Source: a virus | Direction: 5' to 3' (one strand) | Length of the DNA: 64,000 nucleotides | Virus record (IMG/VR): IMGVR_UViG_3300011113_000664 | Coordinates: 32,001 to 96,000 of that record | The notes under the pieces: generated by a model | Databases searched by the model: none | What the model saw: only the letters and a program-made list of their open reading frames with translations | What the model was told of the DNA's origin: nothing | In this document: in pieces, positions 46,167-55,306 of the stretch | Layout of the letters: each line of letters opens with the position of its first letter | Numbering within the stretch: the stretch's first letter is position 1 | Position numbers and translations under genes: made by a program

Positions 46167-48140
46167 ATGAATAATAAAAAATCTTTATTACAAGATAGTT
46201 TGCAAGAACTAGAAAATATCAAGAATGAATCTTTGGAACTTGCCAAAGAACAATTGATTAATGAAAGTGCTGACTTGTTAGAAAAAAAATCTGCTGAATT
46301 ATTTGAAAAACTAATTGCAGGTGAAGATGTAGAAGAAGAAAGCAAAGAAGAAGAAAAGGAAGAGGACAAAGAAGAGGACAAATCATTAAATGAAATATTA
46401 AATGAACTTAAAGATTTCTCAGATGAAGAAGATGAGGATGAAATGTCTGATGATGAGGATGAAATGGAAGATTCAGAAGATGAAGAAGAAATGTCATTAG
46501 ATGCTTTAAGAAAAGCAGCAGAAGAACAAGGTTTTAAATTAGTTCAAGCCGATTCTGATGAAGAAGATATGGAATCAGATGAAGAAGATATGGAAGATTC
46601 GGAAGATGAAGAAGAAATGGAGGATTCGGATGATGAAGAAGACATTGAATTTAATGATGAAGAATCGGATGATGAATTTTCTGATGTTGATGTTGATGAT
46701 AAAGTCTTAGCTGAACCAAGTGATGAGGAAGAAGAGAAAGAAGAAAGCTTTCAAAAAATAAATGAAAATTTTAAAAGAAATAATACTAAAATGAGAAATA
46801 CAAAAAAACAAGTTTTAAAAGATTTAAGAGATGTAAGCTTTAATAAATTGGTTGAAGCATATTACAACATGGGGGATAATGATTCTTTCATTATTAAAGA
46901 AAATGAATATATAGATGAAGATTTATATGAAGGTGACCCAAATGATAAATATGATGATTATGCACCAGACCCTGATTCTGAATATGAAAGAAGATTTGAA
47001 ATTGATTCAGATATGGATGAAACTGAGCCTTATGATGATGAAGAAATGGATGATGAAGAAATGGATGATGATATAATATATGAAATTGATATGCCTGAAG
47101 GTAGGTATGACATGGAATCAATGTCTGATGAAGGTTATGAAATGACTGATGAAGATATTAATGAAATGCTTGCTGAAATGGGTATAGATGAAGATGTACC
47201 TTCTAGAGAGCAAGGTTCTGCTTATCGTACTCAAGAAAAACATAGACATTTTAAAGGCGATATTCATAACTATCATGATGAACTTGAAGAATCTATTGCT
47301 ACTAGAACAAGAGATAAATTTGTTAAACAAGGTCTTGGTGGTCATACTTCTGCTGAAAAAACTGAACTTGAAGAAATGTTTGAAGAAATGTCAATGGAAG
47401 AATTGATGGAAATGGAAAGAATGCTTCAAGAAGATGGGGATGGTGCTGAAGAAGGGTTTGAATCAGGTCAAGATGGACAAGGTGGTGCTGCTATGTCTAA
47501 ACATGCTAGATTTAAAAAAGATTATATGGATAAGCAAGATTTAACCGAAGCTGAAATTGAAGAAATATTATCATCAATGAAAGAAGAGGAAGATATAGAA
47601 GAAGGTATGTCTTTAAGACGTTCTCAAGCTAATAAACATCAAGCACCTAGTCCTAGAAATAGAGAAGAAAGAATCAGACCATTAGCTGAAGAAGATATGG
47701 AAGAAGTTGAATCTTTAAGAGAACAACTTAAAAAACTTAAAGCTGAAAATAAATCCTTGAATGAAGGTTTTACAAATAAAGTTAAATCATTAGAGAATAA
47801 AGTCTATGATGTAACGATTAGTGCATTAAAAGCAGGATTTGTAAACAAGTTTTTACTTGAGCATCCTTTAAGAGAGAATGAAAAATTACAAATCATTCAT
47901 CGCTTTGCAAATGCACAAACTAAAGAGCAAATTAAAGAAACTTATATTTCATTAACAAATGAGTTTGCAAAAGGGCAAACAGTTAAAGATGGTTCAATGT
48001 TGAATGAATCAGTACAAAATAAAGTTGGTAAAGTTCATAGAACTGACAATGTAGTTGTCACGGAAAAGAACTTGATGAACGAAAATGATGAAACTAATAG
48101 GTTTAAACAATTACTTAACTATAATTTTGGTAGGAAATAA
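46167..48140 (+). CDS. Prohead scaffold/core protein
   Basis: Extremely acidic, coiled-coil C-terminus, between protease and capsid, ends RFKQLL. Confidence 0.8.
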   Translation: MNNKKSLLQDSLQELENIKNESLELAKEQLINESADLLEKKSAELFEKLIAGEDVEEESKEEEKEEDKEEDKSLNEILNELKDFSDEEDEDEMSDDEDEMEDSEDEEEMSLDALRKAAEEQGFKLVQADSDEEDMESDEEDMEDSEDEEEMEDSDDEEDIEFNDEESDDEFSDVDVDDKVLAEPSDEEEEKEESFQKINENFKRNNTKMRNTKKQVLKDLRDVSFNKLVEAYYNMGDNDSFIIKENEYIDEDLYEGDPNDKYDDYAPDPDSEYERRFEIDSDMDETEPYDDEEMDDEEMDDDIIYEIDMPEGRYDMESMSDEGYEMTDEDINEMLAEMGIDEDVPSREQGSAYRTQEKHRHFKGDIHNYHDELEESIATRTRDKFVKQGLGGHTSAEKTELEEMFEEMSMEELMEMERMLQEDGDGAEEGFESGQDGQGGAAMSKHARFKKDYMDKQDLTEAEIEEILSSMKEEEDIEEGMSLRRSQANKHQAPSPRNREERIRPLAEEDMEEVESLREQLKKLKAENKSLNEGFTNKVKSLENKVYDVTISALKAGFVNKFLLEHPLRENEKLQIIHRFANAQTKEQIKETYISLTNEFAKGQTVKDGSMLNESVQNKVGKVHRTDNVVVTEKNLMNENDETNRFKQLLNYNFGRK

Positions 48141-48194
48141 TAAAAAAAGAAAAAATCTTACTATTTAAATTAAATTAAAAAAACTTAAAAAATT

Positions 48195-49958
48195 ATGTAC
48201 GGAATTACCGAAATCCTTAACTCTGGAAAAGTTGGTCAAGAATACCGCCAACTTAGAGAACAGCGTGAATTGATTACCGAAAAGTGGAATCAGTTCGGCT
48301 TGCTTGATGGCCTTGAAGGTCACATGGCTGAAAACATTGCTCAATTGTATGAGAACCAAGCTTCTTATCTCATTAACGAATCTACTGATGCTACATCTTC
48401 AGGTTCTTTTGAGACAGTTGCGTTCCCAATCATCAGACGTGTTTTCCAAAAATTACTTGCAAACGAAATCGTATCAGTTCAGGCTATGAACATGCCGATT
48501 GGTCGTTTGTATTTCATTAACCCTAAAATCTCTGTTAGAACTAACAATGCACATTCTCCATTTGATGGTGTATTTAATAATGCTGCTAACAACTATAACC
48601 CTGCAAACCATGCAACAAGTCCATACACCAAAACAGGTGGTACAACTTTTCAAACTACTTCTCTTTACGATTCTTTCTATAACACAGGAAGTTCTTTAGA
48701 TGATGATGGTGGTCTTTTTGATAGAACTAAGGGTACGATTTATACAAATAGTCCTACTTTACAAGTAATGGCAGGTTCTATTCTTTCAGGTTCGGTTGCT
48801 TCTAGAGTAACAACTAGATTAACCGGTTTTACTACTACTAACGAAGGTAAATTACAAGGACCTGTTGGACTTCCAGTTGATACTGAGTCTTTTTTAATGG
48901 GTCTTAAAGTTACTTGTAATCAAACTTTGATTGCAAGAGTTGGTGATACTAGTTATAATATTAATGCAGGTGATTCTATTCCATTTAGAGTACCAATGCA
49001 AGCATATGGTAAAGAATTAGTGGCTAAAGGTACTAATTATATTACTCTTGAGCTTTTATTAGATGGTCCTAGTTCAGCAGGTGTTTATGGTGTAAGTCCA
49101 AGTACTGCAACTACAGGTGGCTATTCTGCTTCTACTGGTCCATTAGCATTTACTGCTACTTATAGAATATATTCTCCTATGGAAGAAGATGCTAATATTC
49201 CTCAAGTAACATTTACTTTCGATTATATTGATGTATCTGTTGAGAAAAGAATGTTAGGTGCTACCTTTACACCTGAACTTCAGCAAGATGTTAATGCTTT
49301 CCACTCAATTGATGTTGAAGCTGAATTAACTGCTCTTCTTTCTGAGGTTGTATCAGGTGAAATTGACCGTGAAATTCTTCGTGACCTTCGTAAATCTGCT
49401 TCCCATGTTGAATTCTTCGATTGGGGTGGTTATGACAGAAGAATTACTTCAGGTGGTCTTGCACTTACTCGCAAAGATTATAACCAAGATTTGATTACTA
49501 AGATTAACCAAATCTCTGCTAAAATCATGAAATTCACTCTTCGTGGTGGTGCTAACTGGGTTGTATGTTCTCCTGAAGTTGCTGCAATCTTTAATGACCT
49601 TGAGTACTTCCATGCTTCTGATGCTTCTGCTGAAGAAACTAAGTTCTCTTTAGGTATTGAGAAAGTTGGTAATGTAGCTAACAGATACACAGTATATGTT
49701 GATGCTTATGCTCCTGCTGGTGTTGTTCTTGTAGGACACAAAGGAGATTCAATCTTCCATGCAGGTTACATCTACGCTCCATATGTACCGTTGATGCTTA
49801 TGCCTAAAACCATTAACCCTGCTGATTTCAAACCTGTAATGGGTATCATGACTCGTTATGCTAAGAAGGTTGTTAACAACAGGTTCTATGGTAAAGTAAT
49901 GGTTCAGGGTCTTCCTGTTGCTTCTCCTAACGAATTCATGTTAGATACAATTTCCTAA
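48195..49958 (+). CDS. Major capsid protein (T4 gp23-like)
   Basis: KW..GLLDGL, LYENQ, AFPIIRRVF, VSVQAMNMPIG, ELQQD, YAPYVPL, GIMTRY. Confidence 0.96.
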   Translation: MYGITEILNSGKVGQEYRQLREQRELITEKWNQFGLLDGLEGHMAENIAQLYENQASYLINESTDATSSGSFETVAFPIIRRVFQKLLANEIVSVQAMNMPIGRLYFINPKISVRTNNAHSPFDGVFNNAANNYNPANHATSPYTKTGGTTFQTTSLYDSFYNTGSSLDDDGGLFDRTKGTIYTNSPTLQVMAGSILSGSVASRVTTRLTGFTTTNEGKLQGPVGLPVDTESFLMGLKVTCNQTLIARVGDTSYNINAGDSIPFRVPMQAYGKELVAKGTNYITLELLLDGPSSAGVYGVSPSTATTGGYSASTGPLAFTATYRIYSPMEEDANIPQVTFTFDYIDVSVEKRMLGATFTPELQQDVNAFHSIDVEAELTALLSEVVSGEIDREILRDLRKSASHVEFFDWGGYDRRITSGGLALTRKDYNQDLITKINQISAKIMKFTLRGGANWVVCSPEVAAIFNDLEYFHASDASAEETKFSLGIEKVGNVANRYTVYVDAYAPAGVVLVGHKGDSIFHAGYIYAPYVPLMLMPKTINPADFKPVMGIMTRYAKKVVNNRFYGKVMVQGLPVASPNEFMLDTIS

Positions 49959-49978
49959 TCTAACTTAGAATAAAAAAT

Positions 49979-50008
49979 TAAGGGGTAGATTTTTCTACCC
50001 CTTTTTTT
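49979..50008 (+). terminator. Intrinsic terminator after capsid gene
   Basis: AAGGGGTAGA-ttt-TCTACCCCTT plus T-run. Confidence 0.85.
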
Positions 50009-50027
50009 ATTTACTATTTATAATAAA

Positions 50028-50426
50028 ATGATTAAGGTTTCTTATTCTAAAAAAATAGACAATTTAAATCCTGCAAAATTTAAACATTTAAAAATGTTTT
50101 TAAAGTTTTGTAGGGATGAGTTAGGTATTACAAATGAGATTAGAATATTTTTATTAACAAGAAAAAATAATTTAAATATAACTACAGGAGGTTATAACCC
50201 ATCAGACAAATGTGTTTATACTATTGCTGAAGCAAGACAAATTGCTGATATACTTAGGACAATAGCACATGAACTTGTTCATCAAAAGCAAGACTTACAA
50301 GGCAAAATCAAAGGGGATATACCTGATATTGGTGGTGTAATAGAAGATACGGCCAATGCTATAGCAGGTAGATTGGTTAAGATGTATGTCAAGAAATACG
50401 ATTCTAGAGAGATTTACTCTCTATAG
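50028..50426 (+). CDS. Zincin-like metallopeptidase
   Basis: IAHELVHQKQ...EDTANA; late motif at 50013. Confidence 0.75.
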   Translation: MIKVSYSKKIDNLNPAKFKHLKMFLKFCRDELGITNEIRIFLLTRKNNLNITTGGYNPSDKCVYTIAEARQIADILRTIAHELVHQKQDLQGKIKGDIPDIGGVIEDTANAIAGRLVKMYVKKYDSREIYSL

Positions 50427-50707
50427 ATTATATAAGCACTAATTCCTTGCGATAAAAAGATATAATACCAAGGAATTGCTGTAAATAAACAAAATACTGC
50501 AAACACAAAAAAACAAACCCATACTGAAAAGCATTTAATGCAAGTTCCAAGAGGCTTTGCTAATTTTTTTGATATTGGTTCAATATATTTCAATAAAAAT
50601 ATATAATACCAATCAAATATATTTCCTTCATTAAAAGAAAAATCCAATACTCTAGTTAATTGAGCCGAACAAAACCCAATTACTAATGATAAAAATATAT
50701 GTTCCAT
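50414..50707 (-). CDS. Membrane protein with CxxC (DUF1360-like)
   Basis: PLGTCIKCFSVW, three hydrophobic segments. Confidence 0.65.
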   Translation of the reverse strand: MEHIFLSLVIGFCSAQLTRVLDFSFNEGNIFDWYYIFLLKYIEPISKKLAKPLGTCIKCFSVWVCFFVFAVFCLFTAIPWYYIFLSQGISAYIIYRE

Positions 50708-50778
50708 TATCTTCTAGGTCTTCTAACGGTAACTGTTGGTTTTTGAGTTGAACCACAACCACATCCTCTATTTTCCAT
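50707..50778 (-). CDS. 23-aa CxC peptide (absent from track)
   Basis: MENRGCGCGSTQKPTVTVRRPRR; TAATG coupling. Confidence 0.55.
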   Translation of the reverse strand: MENRGCGCGSTQKPTVTVRRPRR

Positions 50779-50779
50779 A

Positions 50780-51274
50780 TTAAAGTAAATTTTTAAGATT
50801 TTGCGGTAATCTATATTCTTTTACATATGTTGCTGTAATATCATTATAGAAAGCCTTATAGTTATACATTTGATTTGATGTTGTAAAATTAGTTATTGTA
50901 TTTATTTCATAAAAACGCTTAGTATCATTATCATCAAAGAGTATAAAATCACCTCTTTTAATATCAATACCTAATTTATCCAATTCATCAATATAAACAC
51001 CTAATTTTACAGTTTCAACATTTTCATTTAGTAACATACTTCCACCAATTTTTATTTTTTCTGATGGTGGAATTGATATCCAAACACTTAATTTTACAGG
51101 GTCAAGAAATTCTTTTTCATTTGGCATACTTTCGCCATAAATATCTTTTTGTGATTTGGTTATATTAATTTGATATAAAAGAACACTAAGACTCATATCT
51201 TCATCAATATAGTCTTTTGACATTTTAATATCAACATCAAAGTCTTTTTGATTATAGAAGTTAGTTCTATTCAT
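50780..51274 (-). CDS. Head-closure/neck protein (gp14-like)
   Basis: DIYGES, LGIDIKRGDFI; adjacent to neck gene. Confidence 0.6.
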   Translation of the reverse strand: MNRTNFYNQKDFDVDIKMSKDYIDEDMSLSVLLYQINITKSQKDIYGESMPNEKEFLDPVKLSVWISIPPSEKIKIGGSMLLNENVETVKLGVYIDELDKLGIDIKRGDFILFDDNDTKRFYEINTITNFTTSNQMYNYKAFYNDITATYVKEYRLPQNLKNLL

Positions 51275-52399
51275 TTATTTCCAAATTATTTGTGTTTGTG
51301 CAGGTGCGTATGATAATACCTTATTTAAATTTTCACCAATTGATGCTTTCTTTTCCATAATTTTTTGATATGTAAATTCAGCTAAATCATCTTGTAATTC
51401 TTTAAATATTGCATCTTTTTCTTTATCATAATCATCGGCAAAATATTTATAATCAATTTCTAAAACATCATCTCTTGTTGGTAATTTAATTTTACCTGAT
51501 GTTTTTGCCCAAATAGTTGCTAAGTATTTTTTTACATATGCAACTGATAATCTTCTTACTTTATTTTTAGATGGTGAATTTAGATTATCCCATTTTTTTA
51601 ATCTAATAGGAACATCAGATGGAAGTTTTACAACATCTTCATTTTCTTCTAAACACAAATCTCTTTGATTATTATCTAATGTATCATAATAAAAATACCA
51701 TACTTTAGAACCTTCATATGATTTACCAAATTTACCAACAATTTCTTCTCTACTACCCGGAATTGGATATAAATATAATTTTTTTGTTTTATTTGGTCCA
51801 GGTGCTATTCTATATGTTAATTCACTTTGAATAATCTTTTTCTTTTGTAATCTATCCATAGTGGATAAAATTAATGAGAATGATGGTAACATTGCTTGTG
51901 CAGGAACATTGGCATAATACCATCCTGTTGGTGCGCCAAACCATCCACCACCCATACCAATTGGGTCAAGAATATTAGTTGCTATTTGTGGTGGTGTATA
52001 CCATAAAACTTCATTAATTTCTCTTCCTGATGGAATAGTATATACTTGTGTATCAGCAGAAATAGTTACATAATCACTTTTAAGTTCCCACTCACCTAAT
52101 GTTGATATACCTGTTTGCTTTCCATATGCGATGGCAAAAGATTTTTCAAAGTCAAGAGTTTTGGTTGTAAATGCTTCAACAAAGTTAGCTGAACTAATAC
52201 TTAATCCCTCTAAAGATGACCATTGTTGTTCAATTAACCAATTATCCAAATAAGAAATATAGTCCTCTATAGCCATTTCGACATATGTTTCGATAACATC
52301 ATCTGTAACCCAATCTCCGTAATCACGAACAGGTTCACCTATTGAAACTCTGATTTGTCTGTAAAGTTTTTCTTGCTCTTGTAAATCCTTAAAAATCAT
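51275..52399 (-). CDS. Neck/head-tail adaptor (gp13-like)
   Basis: IRVSIGEP, YVEMAIEDY, KKLYLYPIP. Confidence 0.7.
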   Translation of the reverse strand: MIFKDLQEQEKLYRQIRVSIGEPVRDYGDWVTDDVIETYVEMAIEDYISYLDNWLIEQQWSSLEGLSISSANFVEAFTTKTLDFEKSFAIAYGKQTGISTLGEWELKSDYVTISADTQVYTIPSGREINEVLWYTPPQIATNILDPIGMGGGWFGAPTGWYYANVPAQAMLPSFSLILSTMDRLQKKKIIQSELTYRIAPGPNKTKKLYLYPIPGSREEIVGKFGKSYEGSKVWYFYYDTLDNNQRDLCLEENEDVVKLPSDVPIRLKKWDNLNSPSKNKVRRLSVAYVKKYLATIWAKTSGKIKLPTRDDVLEIDYKYFADDYDKEKDAIFKELQDDLAEFTYQKIMEKKASIGENLNKVLSYAPAQTQIIWK

Positions 52400-52405
52400 T
52401 ATGAC

Positions 52406-52873
52406 TTATTTATTATAAATAGTCATGATATCATCTATGCTTTTTAATTCGTTTACTTCTTCAATCTTTTCTACAATCTCGTTTTTAGGTTTCTTAACTG
52501 ATTGAGTACCACGAAGTGAATTAATTTTTTTACTGATATTTTCTTCAAGTTCTTTCTTTTCTTGTTCAAGTTTTTTATTTAATTCAAAAAGCATTTTTTC
52601 TCTTTCTAAAAATGTATTCTTTATTTGTACAAGAATGTTAAATAACTCATCAGTATGGTCTACAGATTTTAAAAGAAACTGATAAATATTATATTGTCTT
52701 CCGTTATCTTCAAATGTTTTTTTTGGATTTTCTAATATATAAACTTCATTTTCATCAAAAAATGGTGTCATATCCCAATCCGTTGGAAATGACATATAAA
52801 CATCAACAAAATCGTCAAAATTTATTTGAACGATATAATCTTTTAGTTCTTCAATTATTTTTTTAAATTTCAT
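52406..52873 (-). CDS. Hypothetical protein
   Basis: Operon packing. Confidence 0.7.
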   Translation of the reverse strand: MKFKKIIEELKDYIVQINFDDFVDVYMSFPTDWDMTPFFDENEVYILENPKKTFEDNGRQYNIYQFLLKSVDHTDELFNILVQIKNTFLEREKMLFELNKKLEQEKKELEENISKKINSLRGTQSVKKPKNEIVEKIEEVNELKSIDDIMTIYNK

Positions 52874-53073
52874 ATTAAAATATAAGTAAATATATAAGTT
52901 ATTGCTAGGTAAAAATATTGTGTTTCTCTTAAAGAAAGAGATTGAGACAATTTTTCTTGTTTTTTAATGCATCTTAAAAAGATATAGCAAACAAAAATAA
53001 AATAAATTATTGACCCACAAAGTAAAAACTTTGAAAGAAATATTGTAAAAAAGGTATAAATTAAATCTATCAT
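52870..53073 (-). CDS. Small membrane protein
   Basis: Two hydrophobic segments; ATGA overlaps both sides. Confidence 0.6.
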   Translation of the reverse strand: MIDLIYTFFTIFLSKFLLCGSIIYFIFVCYIFLRCIKKQEKLSQSLSLRETQYFYLAITYIFTYILI

Positions 53074-53810
53074 ATGAATCTTCCTTTTGAGTTTATAGTT
53101 TTTAATTCTTTTGGTATTGGTGGTAAAAGTTTGTTTTTTGCATTTTCATTAACTTGTTTTTTCTCTAATTCCGGCTCTATTAACTCAGTAATTGTATAAG
53201 AAGGTAAATCATTATAAATATAATACGTTTTATTGGTTTTATCTAAAATTATTTTAAAATAATTTTTTCGACTATCTTTTTCTTGTCCACATTGAAAAAA
53301 TCTTAATTTACCGTTTGCTGCATTAAAAAAGGATATTTTTAAGTAAAATGTATCACCGCTTTCTAAAAGATATTGGGGTATGTAAACACTTCTAAATTCT
53401 TTTGAAAGTTTTTTATTATCAAAATTTATAGATGCGCTTGTGTTAAATATAGAAAAAATTTTACTTAATTTAGTAAAATTTCTAGAAATTAATTTTTGTG
53501 TATTTTCAACAAAACTATCGTAAATATCAAATAAATAAAAAGATTCATTTATAAATGCATAAGTTACTAATCCAATATCTGTATATGATGTAAGATTATT
53601 TGCAAATTTTACATTTAAAGTAAAATTAGATTTTGGTATAAATGATACATGTTCAACATCTTGCTCCTCCATTAAAGATTCATCAAGAGTTTTTTCTACC
53701 TCATAATCAATATATTTTTTTATTGATTCACTTTTATTAGAAAAATCATGAATTTGACTAATATTTAAATTAATATTTATATCGCTATTATTATTTAATA
53801 ATCTTAACAT
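53070..53810 (-). CDS. Putative virion structural protein
   Basis: FYLFDIYDS, FFNAANGK; late operon. Confidence 0.7.
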   Translation of the reverse strand: MLRLLNNNSDININLNISQIHDFSNKSESIKKYIDYEVEKTLDESLMEEQDVEHVSFIPKSNFTLNVKFANNLTSYTDIGLVTYAFINESFYLFDIYDSFVENTQKLISRNFTKLSKIFSIFNTSASINFDNKKLSKEFRSVYIPQYLLESGDTFYLKISFFNAANGKLRFFQCGQEKDSRKNYFKIILDKTNKTYYIYNDLPSYTITELIEPELEKKQVNENAKNKLLPPIPKELKTINSKGRFI

Positions 53811-55306
53811 ATTGATTTTAATTTTCTAACATTAACTTTTATATTATCTTTATTAAATGTATAATTATTAATTTTATAATCCCCTAAGAATTCATTCACC
53901 AAAATGAATGTATTTCTATCAGATAAATCAGGTTTTAAATAAAATAATACATCATCAAAAATATAATGATTATTGTTTACAAATGGATAATCGTAATTTT
54001 CCGCATCTCCATAAATTAGTAATTCTCTCCATATATATCTATCTTGATAGAGAATTGCATTTTGAGGTATTTCTATAATATTTTGAGTATTTGCTGTATA
54101 GACTTCATTTAAAAAGTCACTATATCTTTTTAAACCAATTTTTTTAAATGGATTAAATTTAAACCAAAAATCTATCAATACATACTTATCTACATTACTA
54201 CTAAAGTAAGTAAATGAACTATAATTTTCATTTGTATAACTTGTAAAAGCAGATACGTCACTTATAAATGTTCTTTTTTCATCTTTATATGTGATTTTTA
54301 AAAGATATTCTTTTTCTAAAATGTTATTAAATGAATAATTTTCTTTATTAAAATAAACATAATTTCCTTCCACATTTGATAAATCAAAGGTTGCCATTTT
54401 TATTTCTTTAATATTTGTATTTACAACTTTTTTATTATAATCACCATTTCCAATATCAAGATAATTTCTAATAAATCTTAAATTTTTTGAAATATTAGAA
54501 TCGGATATTTCTAAATTATATATTCTAAAAAATAAATCAAGTTTTGATGAAAAATATTTTTTAAAATCGTTTACTGTGAAATTACTACCAATAACAATAT
54601 CATTTATTTGCGAATTAGTAAATGCTGTTGTATTTGCTGAATAACCAAATGTACTAGTTGAATCTATTTCATTTACATAATCAGTTACACCACTATAATA
54701 TAGTTTTTCATAAATTGTTAAATTTGAATCAACTTTTGGTGTAAAACCAAGATAAATACTATTGTCATAGATAAGTTCTGTATTTGTTGATGAGGATAAA
54801 AAAATTAATTCTTTTGGGTCAAGAATTGAAGTATTAAATCTAAAGTGGTAATTTCTTTCTCCAAATAGATTTCTAGAGTATGTAAAATAATTTAAAACAG
54901 AATCACCTGAAACAGCTTGTAATTTTTCAAAAAATGTACTACTTGAATAATTGTAAGTATCTTGTATTTTTTTTAATCTAAATAATTTTATGTCAAAAAA
55001 ATTTTCTAAATTAAAAAATGTATTTGTAATACTTTCTCTAAAAAAATTATTTATAACACTTTCTGTTGCACTTGTAAAAATTCCACCATTTTTTTTATCC
55101 CTTAAAAAAGAAAAATAATTAACATTACCATATATTCTATATTTATATGATTCATTTCTTTCCTTTGTAAATAATTCAGTTAAAGAAATAACTTTACTAT
55201 TATTAAACTCATTTAATTCATTAAAATTTGTTTTTAATGATAGATTTAAAGATAAATCCTCATCTTGCGCTAATAAATATCTCTTATTTGGTTTTATCTG
55301 CTCCAT
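53804..55306 (-). CDS. Putative virion structural protein
   Basis: ERNESYKYRIYG, WRELL, YPFVNNNHY; late operon. Confidence 0.7.
   Translation of the reverse strand: MEQIKPNKRYLLAQDEDLSLNLSLKTNFNELNEFNNSKVISLTELFTKERNESYKYRIYGNVNYFSFLRDKKNGGIFTSATESVINNFFRESITNTFFNLENFFDIKLFRLKKIQDTYNYSSSTFFEKLQAVSGDSVLNYFTYSRNLFGERNYHFRFNTSILDPKELIFLSSSTNTELIYDNSIYLGFTPKVDSNLTIYEKLYYSGVTDYVNEIDSTSTFGYSANTTAFTNSQINDIVIGSNFTVNDFKKYFSSKLDLFFRIYNLEISDSNISKNLRFIRNYLDIGNGDYNKKVVNTNIKEIKMATFDLSNVEGNYVYFNKENYSFNNILEKEYLLKITYKDEKRTFISDVSAFTSYTNENYSSFTYFSSNVDKYVLIDFWFKFNPFKKIGLKRYSDFLNEVYTANTQNIIEIPQNAILYQDRYIWRELLIYGDAENYDYPFVNNNHYIFDDVLFYLKPDLSDRNTFILVNEFLGDYKINNYTFNKDNIKVNVRKLKSIC

Noticed and set aside
26013-49958. 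Inteins or introns in polB, terminase or capsid
   Set aside because: Frames are continuous and I saw no intein splice-junction or LAGLIDADG motifs
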